From the NCBI RefSeq assembly GCF_028368995.1, contig NZ_JAQNDL010000001.1:1120001-1184000 (forward strand): 64,000 nucleotides of DNA, in the 5' to 3' direction. Of this stretch, positions 50,478 through 61,414 are shown in pieces. Made by a program: the position numbers and the translations under genes. How positions within the stretch are numbered: position 1 is the first letter of the stretch; each line of letters opens with the position of its first letter. This stretch comes from Nannocystis bainbridge (lineage in GTDB: Bacteria > Myxococcota_A > Polyangia > Nannocystales > Nannocystaceae). Below the pieces are notes generated by a model. That model had not been told where the DNA came from, did not search any database, and worked only from the letters and a program-made list of their open reading frames with translations.

Positions 50478-50815
50478 TGACCGCCTCTCGTGCCCCACCC
50501 GCGTTCCTCGCGTTCTCCGGCCTGCGTCTGCGCTTGTGGCCGCTCATCCTGGCCGCGCTGATCATGCAGCTGTGCCTGGTGCCCGCCCGCGAGCTGGTGC
50601 GCTGGCTGTTCCTCGAGGTCGGCCCGGGCGGGTGGGCCGATGACGCCGGGATGCTCTTATTCACGGCGATCATGCTGCAGGGCCTGTGCGGCCTGCTCAA
50701 CATCGCCGTGATGGGCCGCCTGCTGCCGCGGGCCGACCTGCACTGGCCGCCGGGCCTAAGCATGGTTGGCCTCGCCGCGGCGATCGGCGTGGTCATGGGG
50801 CTGGAGTTGCTCTTC
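50478..50815 (+). pseudogene. Membrane protein N-terminal fragment
   Basis: Three hydrophobic segments, then abrupt loss of coding character. Confidence 0.4.
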
Positions 50816-51044
50816 GAAAGGCCTTTGTGGCACGGATTTCGCGCATCACCGCATCACCGCCGAACATCGGCAGGCCGTGGAAACCACAAATCAGCCACGG
50901 CAGTTTTGTAGCTTTGCCAAATTTTTGCCAAAACCCGGGCCACTCCGGGTCACACCGGTCCGCACCGGTAAATACAGAACCCCTCAGAACGCCCGAATTC
51001 GTGGGATTGCGACCCGGTCGGGGTCTGGGCGGGCGGCCTGAGGG

Positions 51045-51833
51045 GCCCAGGGCGAGTTCCTCTCCTATTATTTGCAGGCCATGGCCGACGCCGAGGCGCA
51101 GGAGGGGCACCGCATCGTCGACGTGCTCGACCTCCACTGGTACACCGAGGTCTACGCCGACGGCCAGCGCATCACCGGCGACGACAACTCGCCCGCCTCC
51201 GTCGAAGCCCGCGTGCAGGCCCCGCGCTCGCTGTGGGACGACACCTTCCACGAGGACAGCTGGATCGCCAACGACGTCCTCCAGGGCCCCGTGCGCCTGC
51301 TGCCGTGGCTCAGGGAGCGCATCGACGAGCACTACCCCGGCACCGGCCTCGGCTTCACAGAGTACAACTACGGCGGCGGCGGCCACATCTCCGGCGCCAT
51401 CGCCCAGGCCGACGTGCTCGGCATCTTCGGCCGCGAGGCCGTGACGATGGCCGCCTACTGGGCCCTGACCGATCAGACCTCGATGATCTGGGCCGCCTTC
51501 CGCGCCTTTACCAGCTACGACGGCCAGGGCGGCAAGTTCGGCGACACCTCGATCCACGCCGCGACCTCCGACGTCGCCGCCACCAGCGTCTACGCCAGCA
51601 CCGACGTCGCCGACCCCGCGCGCACCGTGATCGTCGCCATCAACAAGACCGCGGGCCCGCTGACCGCCGCGGTCAGCCTGGCCGCCTACGCCGACTACTC
51701 GAAGGTCGCCGTGTGGCAGCTGACCGGCCCGCAGCCCGAGCTGGTCGCCGGGGCGGATGTCTCGCTGGCCGCCACCAACGCGTTCCTCTACGCGATGCCG
51801 GCTTACAGCGTCAGCGTGCTCGTCCCGCAGTGA
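51045..51833 (+). pseudogene. Glycoside hydrolase family 44 C-terminal part, 5'-truncated
   Basis: EFLSYYLQAM..VDVLDLHWY, RVQAPRSLWD, GFTEYNYGGGGHISGAIAQADVLGIFGRE; in-frame stop just upstream. Confidence 0.85.
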
Positions 51834-52574
51834 ACGAGCGTCGAGGCACGACCGACGACCTCGTCGCCGGTCACGCCGCACGCTGTGGCACCACCAGCGG
51901 CAGATTCACCGGGGTGATGTACGTGACGGACGACTGCTCCTGGCATACCGAGTCCCTCAGCGAGGCGCCGGAGGAGCCGACACAAGGGCCGTAGCGGAGC
52001 GCGGCGGCCGGCCGTCGAAGAACTCCACGTCGTTGCCCACCACGGACGCTCATCACGCGAGCCGGAGCCCCCCGGGACTCGCAGTCGCGCGGCCTGCGGC
52101 GTGATGGTGATCGGTCAGTGTGCGACGAACCGCGTCGTGACCAGCTCGACCTCGAGGAGCTACCAAGCGTCTCGGAGGTTAGAGGTGGACGACGACGAGA
52201 ATTTCGAAGAGCGGGGAGCGCTGCTCGTGGGCCCGGAAGTGCCGAGACGCGGCAGGTTCACGCGGCGACGTCGCGTCCTACCTCACCACCGGGGCCGAAT
52301 CCGCGTTCGTGTGGTATTGGCCCAAGCGCGGCGACTGGGAGGCCAAGGAGTGCGTTGCCCGGCTCGCCGCCGCCTCGCTGCCACGCACGACGCCCGCCGA
52401 CGAGGTCGTGGCCGGCCTGCGCGCCCGCGGCCTCGACGAACGCGAAGCCCAGGCGGTCCAGCGCTGGCTCGGCCCCGACACGACGCTCCTGCTGCCGGCC
52501 TGATCGCAGCGCCGTCGAACCAGCACACGCCGGCGAGGACGCGAAGGCAGGGCGATTTGGTACAGTCCGCGCCC

Positions 52575-53108
52575 ATGTCGTTCGTGGTCCGTCCCTTCGC
52601 CGCCTGCCTCGCCGCGTTCGAGGCCCTCGAGCCTCTCAAGACCAGGGCCAAGAAGCATCGCCCCGTCACCCGACAGGATGCCGCGCACTACGCGTCGAGC
52701 GGCGCGTGGTCGCGCCACGATCTCTCCAAGTTCCCGAAGTCGGGGCCGCAGGAGTCGCTCCACCAGTTCGCGGACCTCGAGTTCTCCGGCATCACGGAGC
52801 TCGATGACGGACCTCGCTTCGTCCAGTGGGCGAACTTCGGCAACGCCGTCGGCACCTGGAACGCGGTCGACGACGACGGCTCGTGGCAATGCGTCCCCGG
52901 CGCGTGGATCGTGGCGCTCTGCGAGCTCGGGCGCGACGACGACGACTTCGGGAACACCCTCGACGTCGCCTTCGCGTGCTGGCGCGTCGAGGACGGCTAT
53001 GCGGTGATGATCACGCCGTACGGCGGCGCCGCGACCCGTATCCCTGCGGTCTCGGGCATCCCCTGGCCCGAGGCGTTCAAGGAGTCGCGGCTCTGGTACG
53101 GTGAGTAG
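52575..53108 (+). CDS. Hypothetical protein
   Basis: 177 aa from ATG 52575, strong GC3 bias. Confidence 0.65.
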   Translation: MSFVVRPFAACLAAFEALEPLKTRAKKHRPVTRQDAAHYASSGAWSRHDLSKFPKSGPQESLHQFADLEFSGITELDDGPRFVQWANFGNAVGTWNAVDDDGSWQCVPGAWIVALCELGRDDDDFGNTLDVAFACWRVEDGYAVMITPYGGAATRIPAVSGIPWPEAFKESRLWYGE

Positions 53109-53177
53109 TGCGCCGGGTGCTGCGATGCGGTCGCGGATCGCCGCGCGCACCCATGCACGGGCGCTGGCGGGGCCCGC

Positions 53178-55703
53178 TCAGCTGAGGCGGGCGATCGAGG
53201 CCGGGTCGACGAAGAACATGATCTTCCACGGCTGGGAGCCGGGGTCGATCGGCTTGACGCCGTTGGCCGGCTGGCGGGCGTAGTCGCTGAAGCACATCAC
53301 CTCCTGCGCCCAGCGGGCGTCGGCCGGCATGAAGTACAGCCGGAAGGTGTAGGCGCACACCTGGCCGGGCCGGGTGGCCTGCGGGAAGTTCTCGATCGAC
53401 GCCGAGATCCCCCATCCCTCCGTGCGCTCGGAGTTCCGGCGATAGCCGCCGCCGACGCCGATCGACACCCCGGCCTCGAGGTACGACTTGAGCTCGAGCC
53501 CGGCCACGTTGACGAGGTTGTCCCAGGTGAGGGCGGCATAGAATTCGCTGTCGACGGTGGTGCCCCACTCCTGGAAGTCGAAGCTGCTCATGTCGACGCG
53601 GGTCTCGTTGACGCCGTCGTTGGTGACCGCGAACTCGAGGTAGTTGCGACCGCCGGGGCCGATCCGCAGGGCGCGCCGCTGGACCACGCGCTCGAAGTAA
53701 TTCTCGTAGTCCGCGCCGAACGGATCGTCGGCGCCGGGGTTGGCGGCCTGCCAGGCGCGGTAGGCGGCGGCCATGCGCTGGTCGACGCTCGCCGGCGCAT
53801 AGCTGGCGAGGTCGCCGGGGGTGAAGGCGTAGTTCGCGGTGTAGTTGGCCGCCAGCGCGACCATGTCCTCGGGCATGAAGGTGACCATGCTCGGGCGGGC
53901 GGGCAGGACCCCGGGGCGCTGCGGGTCTTCGAAGACGAGGGCGAGGCAGACGATCGCCAGCGCCGAGCCGGAGACATAGCCCTGGTCGCTCAGGACCGGC
54001 GGCGCGTCCTCGCTGGGGGCGCCGCTCGGCAGCACGCGGGTGAGGCCGATGACGTTGGCGACGTTGGCCTGCGCGGTCCCGCTGCGCCAGATGTGATCGT
54101 AGGCGAACTCGACCGAGAGCGAGGTCTTGATCCCGACCATCTCGGTCAGCTTCTCCAGCGTCTTCGACACCTCGACCTCGACGCCGAGCGAGAAGCCCGC
54201 CTCCGCGTCCCACTCGTCGTCGATGCCGCCGGCGATGCTGAAGCTGGTGTTGACGCCAAACGAGCCCTTGACGGTGATCTCGTGCGTCTTGGTGTCCTGC
54301 TCGGTCGTGCCGTAGGTGACGCGGCCGATCGGCTTGTAGAGGTCCCACGAGGTCACGGTGCCGCCCTGGCTCATCATCGCCAGGTTCTCGGCCGGGACCG
54401 GCAGCGGACCGTCGACGACGCCCTTCATCGCCAGCGCCTGCTGACGCGCGTCCGGGTTGGCGCGGTCGTCGACGTAGAGCTCGTTCACGGTGGTGACGAT
54501 GTGCCGCGTGCCGTAGAACTGGATGCACACCAGGACCGAGCCGCTGGCGGTGCGGTTGGTGAAGGTCATGCGATAGAGGTCGGTGGCCACGGTGTCGAGC
54601 ACCGTCGCGCCGGGGTCGGCCGAGGTGGCGAGCTGGGCCTGCCGCGGCGAACCGGCGGCGTAGACCACCTGCGGCGCGTACTTCGAGGGCACGGGGGTGC
54701 CGTCGGCCTCGACCACCGTGAGCGCGCCGACCTGATAGCTGCCGTCGGCCTGCATGAGCGGCGCTCGCTGGAGCTGCGAGGCGGTGTTGCTCGAGTAGAC
54801 GTACATCGTGTTCGACGCGTCGAGGTCGAGCATCGGCAGCAGCTCCGTGCTGGGGAGGGTCGCCGAGCCGGTGTAGGAGGTCGTGGTCGGCACGCCGGAG
54901 GTGATGTCGAGGAACCACGTGCAGAGCATGCGGGCGGAGGTCCAGTCGACGGCGACGAACACCACCGGGGCGGAGCTGTTGGTGCCCCGGCCGGTCATGC
55001 CGATCGGCGCGCCCTGGGCGTCGACGACGCACGGCAGCACGGTCCAGGCGGCGGACAGCGAGGCCTGGCCGGTGACCGCGAGCGGGAGCTCCAGGGTGTA
55101 GGAGGGGTTCGCCAGCTCGCCGGGCCACACCTGGCCGCTGCCGCTGGCGGCCGGCGCGATCGCGTCCGGCGCGAAGCTGTTGAAGTAGAGGTTGCAATCG
55201 TGATCGACGTTGCTCATCCAGCCGAGCACGATCCTGTCCTTGAAGACATATCCGGTCACGGCGTGGGCGACGCCCGTGGCGACGCTGGCCCCGGCGATCC
55301 GGAAGGCCGGCTCCCACAGGTCCTCGCCGGCCGAGCGGGTGCCCAGCAGCGCGCCCGTGGCGTCGACCCAGAACAGGTAGATCCGCGGGCCGACGGTCAA
55401 TGCGAACAGGCCCTGGGCGCCGAGGATCGGGTCGCCCGCGGGGGTCTCGCCGGCGGCGACCGCCTCGCGGTAGCCGGCCAGGCTCGGCACCGTGACCTCG
55501 ATCGGCGCGGCCCAGGCGTCGGGGTTGGTGAACGCCTCGGCGTCGACGAACGTGGCGTCGAAGGTGGTCCGCCACACGACCACGGTGGCGTCGCTGCCGC
55601 TCCGCGGGCCGCGATAGAAGTACCAGATCTTGCCCGGGAGCGCCGTCGCGGCGCCTGTCTCCAATTGAGTCGCACCCGACAATTGATAGGCTGCGTCGTA
55701 CAT
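53178..55703 (-). CDS. Hypothetical beta-rich protein, possible beta-pore-forming toxin
   Basis: 841 aa, GAGGAG RBS, no signal peptide; propeller-like N-half; two Ser/Thr/Gly-rich alternating segments in the C-half. Confidence 0.75.
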   Translation of the reverse strand: MYDAAYQLSGATQLETGAATALPGKIWYFYRGPRSGSDATVVVWRTTFDATFVDAEAFTNPDAWAAPIEVTVPSLAGYREAVAAGETPAGDPILGAQGLFALTVGPRIYLFWVDATGALLGTRSAGEDLWEPAFRIAGASVATGVAHAVTGYVFKDRIVLGWMSNVDHDCNLYFNSFAPDAIAPAASGSGQVWPGELANPSYTLELPLAVTGQASLSAAWTVLPCVVDAQGAPIGMTGRGTNSSAPVVFVAVDWTSARMLCTWFLDITSGVPTTTSYTGSATLPSTELLPMLDLDASNTMYVYSSNTASQLQRAPLMQADGSYQVGALTVVEADGTPVPSKYAPQVVYAAGSPRQAQLATSADPGATVLDTVATDLYRMTFTNRTASGSVLVCIQFYGTRHIVTTVNELYVDDRANPDARQQALAMKGVVDGPLPVPAENLAMMSQGGTVTSWDLYKPIGRVTYGTTEQDTKTHEITVKGSFGVNTSFSIAGGIDDEWDAEAGFSLGVEVEVSKTLEKLTEMVGIKTSLSVEFAYDHIWRSGTAQANVANVIGLTRVLPSGAPSEDAPPVLSDQGYVSGSALAIVCLALVFEDPQRPGVLPARPSMVTFMPEDMVALAANYTANYAFTPGDLASYAPASVDQRMAAAYRAWQAANPGADDPFGADYENYFERVVQRRALRIGPGGRNYLEFAVTNDGVNETRVDMSSFDFQEWGTTVDSEFYAALTWDNLVNVAGLELKSYLEAGVSIGVGGGYRRNSERTEGWGISASIENFPQATRPGQVCAYTFRLYFMPADARWAQEVMCFSDYARQPANGVKPIDPGSQPWKIMFFVDPASIARLS

Positions 55704-55811
55704 CGTCTCATCTCCTCACTGTCACGATTCACACGTCCACACCGCCGCGACGCGGCGCCGGCGAACACCGCCGGGCGCCCGCGCGGCGCGGTCACACCAT
55801 TCGATTCAGAA

Positions 55812-56825
55812 TCAGCGGATGCCGCTGTTGATCAAGCAGAACCAGGTCGCGTCGTCGATCCGGGCGTCGTCGGCGAGCCCGAGGCCGCGCTTGAACTGGC
55901 GCAGCGCGGCCTCCGTCTGCGCGCCGAAGTAGCCGTCGGGCCGCCCGGTGGTCCGCGACACCAGCCCGTCGGGCCCGAAACCGAGGGCCAGCAAGCAGCC
56001 CTGGACGCGCGCGGTGTACGGGTGGCTGGCGCCGGCGAGCGTCGAGAGGTCGACGGGGGGCGGCCAGGGTTGGGTCGGCAGGGTCGCGGCCGGCGGCGTC
56101 GCGGCGGCCAGCGCCGACAGCAATGATTCGTCGCCCATCAAGCGATCGATGTCGACATCGCCGTCGACGCCGGGGACCCGGCCGTAATAGGCGAACTCGC
56201 CGCCGCCGCTCCATTGCCAGATCGCGGCGGGCCAGGGGGCGCGCGCCGGATCGCTGGGGATCCGCGGCGGCGTCGCGGCCGGGTCGGCGCCGCGCGACGT
56301 GTAGCCGACCTGCCACAGCGGCACGCCGGCGCTGGCGAAGCGGTCGGTGTCCCCGGCCTGGTAGCGCCACACGTTGGCGCCGGTGTAGATCATCCCGCGG
56401 CGGCCGGTCTCGGCCACGAGGACGCCGAGGAAGCCGTCGATCCACTCGCTGTGATCGGCGGTGCCGCAGCTCTCGTCGTCGCAGTACTTCTCGAAGTCGA
56501 GCGCGGGCTCGAGGTAGCCGCTCGTCAGCGAGAGGCCGCACTCCGCGGCGGCCGCGGCGAGGACGCGCGAGAACTGGCCGGCCTCGTCCTCGCCGCCGCT
56601 GCGCCCGGGGTGATTGTCGGGGCGCGCGAAGTGGTAGGCGCCGGCGTAGAACGGCAGGCCCCCGGGCGGCAGCGCGGCCACGGCGGCGAGGGTGCGGCGG
56701 AATGCGCAGTCCTCGTAATCGACCCCCTCGGTCGCCTTGGCGACGCAGAAGCGGAAGCCCGCGGCGCGCACCGCCGCGACGTCGATCGGGCCCTGGTTGT
56801 GACTGACATCGATGCCCTGGATCAT
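55812..56825 (-). CDS. GH25 lysozyme with C-terminal peptidoglycan-binding domain
   Basis: IQGIDVSHNQG, KATEG, GAYHFARP, ALDFE, WQWS, VDID; DGYFGAQTEAALRQFKR..GL. Confidence 0.92.
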   Translation of the reverse strand: MIQGIDVSHNQGPIDVAAVRAAGFRFCVAKATEGVDYEDCAFRRTLAAVAALPPGGLPFYAGAYHFARPDNHPGRSGGEDEAGQFSRVLAAAAAECGLSLTSGYLEPALDFEKYCDDESCGTADHSEWIDGFLGVLVAETGRRGMIYTGANVWRYQAGDTDRFASAGVPLWQVGYTSRGADPAATPPRIPSDPARAPWPAAIWQWSGGGEFAYYGRVPGVDGDVDIDRLMGDESLLSALAAATPPAATLPTQPWPPPVDLSTLAGASHPYTARVQGCLLALGFGPDGLVSRTTGRPDGYFGAQTEAALRQFKRGLGLADDARIDDATWFCLINSGIR

Positions 56826-56862
56826 GGTCCCGCTCGGGGAGTCGCGGCGATCGTCGGCTTGA

Positions 56863-59629
56863 TCAGCGGCGTGGACGATTTTTTTTCGCGCCGTCACCGA
56901 CGCTCGCGCGCGCGAGGGCGACGAGCCGGGCGTCGAGCTCCGCCAGCGCCTCCGCGCCGCCGGGCCCGCGGGCCGCGGTGGCGCGGGCGTCGAGGAGCGC
57001 GGCGCGGGCCTCGTCGGGCCGCTGCAACGCCTGCAGCGCCGCGCCCTTGCCGGCGAGCACGAGGCCGAGCAGCTCGTGGTCGGGCGTGGGCGCGGCGCGG
57101 GCGATCGACTCGGCGGCGGTGAAGGCCGCGAGCGCCTCGGCGTGGCGGCCCAGGGCCAGCAGGCTCTCGCCGGTGTTGTTGGCCGTGAAGGCGCGGTGGA
57201 GGTGGCCCGCAGGCAGGATCCGCTCCTGCAGCGCCGCGGCCTCGCGGTAGGCCGCGAGCGCGGCCTCGTGGTCGCCGCGCCAGAAGGCCGATCACGCCGA
57301 GATTGAGGAGGGCCGCCGGCAGGTCTTCGTGGTCGGCCGGCAGCAGGCGGCGGAACAGCGCCAGGGCGCGGCGGCCGTGGTGCTCGGCGCGTCCGAGCGC
57401 GCCGGCCTGGACCGCCTCGTGCGCGAGCGCGGTGTGGACGCGGGCGGCCTCGAGGCTGGCGGCGCCGTGGGTCTCGCTCCAGATCGCCAGCGCCGTCGCC
57501 AGCAGGGTCCGGGCCCGCTCGCCCTCGCCCTGGCGGACCAGCAGCGTCGCCATGTCGTGGGCCACGCGGGCGTACTGCGGGTGGCGCGGGCCGTACTGCG
57601 CGGCGGCGGCGGCCAGGGCGGCCTCGAAGGTGGCGCGGGCCTCGTCCTCGCGGGCCAGCGCCTCGAGGGCGTTGGCGAGGCTCTGCTGGGCCTGGACCCG
57701 TCCCGGCTGCGGGCCCGGATGGGCGTCGAACCACGCCAGCGCGTCGCGCTGGCGGCGGGCCGCCTCGTCGTGCTGCTCGGCCCGGGCTGCCGCGACCCCG
57801 AGCGCGAAGAGCAGCGCGGCCCGGCGCGGACCCTCGTCGTCGACGCGGTCGAGCGCGGCCGCGGCCCGGCGCGCCCACAGCCGTGCGCGCTCCGGCGCCA
57901 GCTGCTGGCGGGCCGCGAGGGTCGTCAGCGCCAGCCAGCCGCTCGCGGCCAGGTCGTCCTCGCGGGCCGCCTCGGCGAGGTCGACCGCGTCGAGGAGGCT
58001 GGCCTCGGCCGGCTCGATCTCGCCCCGCTCCGCCTGCAGCTCGCCGACGGCGAGGAGCGCGTCCGCGCGCGCGGCCGGATCGGCGAGGGTCCGCGCGTGC
58101 GCCAGCGCGCCCTCGGCGAGGCCGCGCGCGCCGGCGTGGTCGCCGGTGGCCGCGTGGGCGCGCGCGACCGCGAGGGTCTGCCGCAGCGCGTCGCCCTCGT
58201 CGCGGGCCGCGGCGGCGAGGGTGCTCGCGGTCGCGCCGGCGCAGGCCGCCAGCGACGGCAGGACGGCCACCGCGGCGACCGAGCGCTCGACCGCGACGCG
58301 CTCGCCCGCGGCGAGCCGGTCGACCAGGGCCGCCACCGCGTGCGCGCTGCGCTCGAGGCAGCGCCGCCGGGCGTCGAGGAGCGCCGGGGAGTGCAGCCCG
58401 CTGGTCTCGCACAGGCCCCGCCGGGCGGTCTGCCACGCCGCCACGTAGGCGCCGAGGGCCGCGTCGACCCGGTCCCAGGCCGCCGGGGCCAGCGGCAGCC
58501 CGGAGCCGCGGAAGGCGGCCGCGAGGGCGGCCCGACGCGCCGGGTTCCACGCCTCGTCGAGGCCGCGCTCGACCGCGGCGCAGGCGTCGGGGGCGGGCGA
58601 GCGCGGCAACCAGGCCCCCGCCAGGCCGCCGAGCGCCAGCAGGACCCCCGCGAGGCCCAGGCGCCGCCGCCGTCGCCCGGGGTCGCGCTCCAGCGCGGCG
58701 CACAGCGCTTCGAGCGAGGGGTGGCGGTCCTCGGCGGCGGCGGTGCCCCGCGCGAGCTCGCGGTCGAGCCAGCGCGGGTGCGCCGGCGGGCGGCGGGGCG
58801 GCGGGGCGTCGCGGCCCGGCAGCCAGCCGTGGAGCGCCTCGAACAGCGAGACGCAGAGGCTGTAGATGTCGCTGCGGAAGTCGGGGGCGCGCCCGGCGAG
58901 CTGCTCGGGCGCGACGTAGCCGACGGTCCCGCCGCCGCCGGCGGTGGCCGACGCGCCGGCCGGGGACGGAGCGGCGTCGGCGAGCGTCGCCGTCACCGCC
59001 CGCCCGGCCGCGCGCGCCAGCCCGAAGTCGACCACGTACACGTGCTCGTCGGCGTCGACGAGCACGTTGTCGGGCTTGAAGTCGCAGTGGACCAGCCCGG
59101 CCGCGTGGGCGGCCGCCAGCCCGCGCGCCGCCGCCACGTAGAGCCGCACCGTGGCCCGCCACGGCCGCGGCGCCTCGCGCTGCCAGACGCGCAGCGTGCA
59201 GCCGCGGATCAGCGCCATCGCCAGGTAGACGTGGTCGTCGACCGCCCCGACCTCGTGGATCTGGACCACGTGCGGGTGCGAGAGCCGGGCCAGCAGGCGG
59301 GCCTCGCGGAGCAGACGGGCCTCCTCGTCAGGGCCGGAGCGGTCGGCGCGGGTCAGCTTGAGCGCCACCTCGCGGCCCAGCACCGGGTCGAACGCGGCGT
59401 ACACCTCGCCCATCCCGCCGGCGCCGAGGCGACGTCGCAGCTCGTAGCGACCGACGCGCGGCCGCACGGGCGCCTCGTCGAACAGCGCCGCGGCCACGGC
59501 CGCCTTGCCGCGCGCGTACTCGCGGTCGTGGGCCAGCGTCGGTGGGGCCAGCGCCGCGGCCAACGCCTCCGGACCTCGGTCGCTCGGCGGCGCGGAGGTC
59601 TCGCTCGGTCTCACCGCGCTCCCCGTCAC
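56863..59629 (-). CDS. Ser/Thr protein kinase with TPR repeats (one frameshift at ~57288, possibly artefactual)
   Basis: GAGGMGEV, VALK, HCDFKPDN, DFG, YVAPE; TM segment; YGPRHPQYA-type TPRs continue in another frame to 56863. Confidence 0.88.
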
Positions 59630-60249
59630 ACGCTGGGGTCGCGCCGCTCGCGGAGCTGCTGCGCCCAGCGCTCGAGGTTCGCCTGCGTCGACGCCAGGCG
59701 CGCGGGCGCCTCGCCCAGCCGCTGCAGCGCCTCTTCAAGCAGCTCGTGGGCGCGGCGCAGGCGGCTGCGGGCCGTCGGGTGCGGCGCGCCCACGACCTCG
59801 GCGATCTCCGCGGTCGTCATCGACTCCCAGTATCGCAGCTCGAGGATGAGCTGATAGTTGAGGGGGATCCGTCGCAGCGCCTCGAGCAGCAGCCGCTGCT
59901 CCTCGGCCTCGGCGTGCAGCGTGCTGACGCCCGGCGACAGGTCCTGCAGCGTCGACTCCTCGCCGATGTCGACGGTCTCGCCGACCCGCTGCCGGCGGCG
60001 AAAGTGGTCGCGCAGGACGTTGTGGGCGATCGCGAACAGGTACGGGCGGAAGCTCGCGGCGGAGCGCAGGCGGTCGCTGCCGGCGACGCACGCGGCGAAC
60101 ACCTCCTGCACGAGATCGTCGCTGCCGTGATCGATCTTGCTGCGGAAGAAGCGGACCACCGAATCGTAGTAGCGCTCGAACAGCAGCTTGCCCGCGCCGC
60201 GATCGCCGGCCCGCCACGCCGAGAGGAGCGCACCGTCGTCCGTCGTCAA
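59626..60249 (-). CDS. ECF sigma factor
   Basis: DDGALLSAWRAGD, DDLVQEVF, LELRYWESMTTAEIAEVVG; GTGA-coupled to the kinase; start inferred at TTG 60249. Confidence 0.92.
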   Translation of the reverse strand: MTTDDGALLSAWRAGDRGAGKLLFERYYDSVVRFFRSKIDHGSDDLVQEVFAACVAGSDRLRSAASFRPYLFAIAHNVLRDHFRRRQRVGETVDIGEESTLQDLSPGVSTLHAEAEEQRLLLEALRRIPLNYQLILELRYWESMTTAEIAEVVGAPHPTARSRLRRAHELLEEALQRLGEAPARLASTQANLERWAQQLRERRDPSV

Positions 60250-60395
60250 GCAATGGCCTGGGTAACACGCGCCGCGACGCCGCGGCAAGCGACGTCGGCG
60301 TCGGGGCAGGACCGCGCCGCGCTCGCGCGGTCCTGCCCCGGGCCACCGATGCCGACCCTGCCTGCGGACTGCGGTTTCTGCATACACTGCCGCCG

Positions 60396-60800
60396 ATGTC
60401 CCTCTACGATTCGTATGTCCCGGTATCGATGCAGGTCCAGCGCGACGGCGCGAGCTACGCGCTCCACCTGCTCTCGAGCGCGACGGGCGGGAGCCCGCCG
60501 CTGACCGCCGCCGACAGCGTGCGCGCGACGACGACCGACCCCGCAGTCGGCGTCAGCGTCAGTCCGGGCGACCCCACGGTCACGATCGACAGCGTCGTCA
60601 CGACCTCCGTCCGCGACGCGCCGGCGAGCAGCCCGTGGGTCGACACCGACGGCACGTTCACCGCCGAGCTGCCCGCGCCGGTCGAAGAGAATACGCAATG
60701 GATGTGGGACCTGGTCGTGACGGCCACGGTGGGCCCGCCCGAAGACCGCTACGTCGTCCGGCTCGACCCGAAGATGATCGTGCGCAAGACCCATGCCTAG
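60396..60800 (+). CDS. Hypothetical beta-rich protein divergent from the ECF
   Basis: 134 aa, strong GC3 bias, ends VRLDPKMIVRK. Confidence 0.65.
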   Translation: MSLYDSYVPVSMQVQRDGASYALHLLSSATGGSPPLTAADSVRATTTDPAVGVSVSPGDPTVTIDSVVTTSVRDAPASSPWVDTDGTFTAELPAPVEENTQWMWDLVVTATVGPPEDRYVVRLDPKMIVRKTHA

Positions 60801-61177
60801 AGCGACTTAGGACCTGTCCTTAATAACACATTCTGGCGCTCGAGGCCGCACCCGGCGGACCGGGCCCGGAGACGGTCGCGCGTCGTTCGCTCCGACGGCG
60901 CTTGAAGCGGCGCGCCGCTTCATCGTCCTGTCGCAGGGCTCCGCGCCGGAGCCGATGACTGCCAGCCCGCACGCGCGAGAGCCTGCTGAGCGAGCTGTCG
61001 CGCAGCGTTACCGAGGACACCCTCGCTGGCGTGCCCGAGCTCGCGGTCGTGCAAGGCGTGTGCGACCGGCTGGTCGCCGGCGAGGGCGCGCCCCCTCGGC
61101 GGGCGTTCACGTGTGTGCGGTATCCGCTCGGCGACGACTTCGAGGACGCAACGTCTGCACGAGCCGCGCCAGCGCGC

Positions 61178-61414
61178 TCACGCGTAGGAAATTTCGAGGA
61201 CCGTGTAGATGCGTGCGCCGGCCGGCATCATCACCTTCACCTCGTCGCCAACCCCATGGCCGATCAGCGCGCGCGCCAGGGGCGAGGCCACAGAGATCGT
61301 GCCGTGCTTGATGTCGGCCTCGTCGGGACCGACGATCTGGACGGTCTGTTCCTCACCAGTGTCGTTATTGCTGAGCTTCACCGTTGCGCCGAACTCGATC
61401 TTACTCCCGGACAT
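61178..61414 (-). pseudogene. greA: GreA/GreB C-terminal domain only
   Basis: IEFGATVKL..QIVGPDEADIKHGTISVASPLARALIG..GDEV; N-terminal coiled coil absent. Confidence 0.8.

Noticed and set aside
55812-59162. 1116-aa ORF seemingly fusing an Arg-rich region to GH25
   Set aside because: Upstream part is an off-frame read of the kinase gene; GH25 starts at 56825
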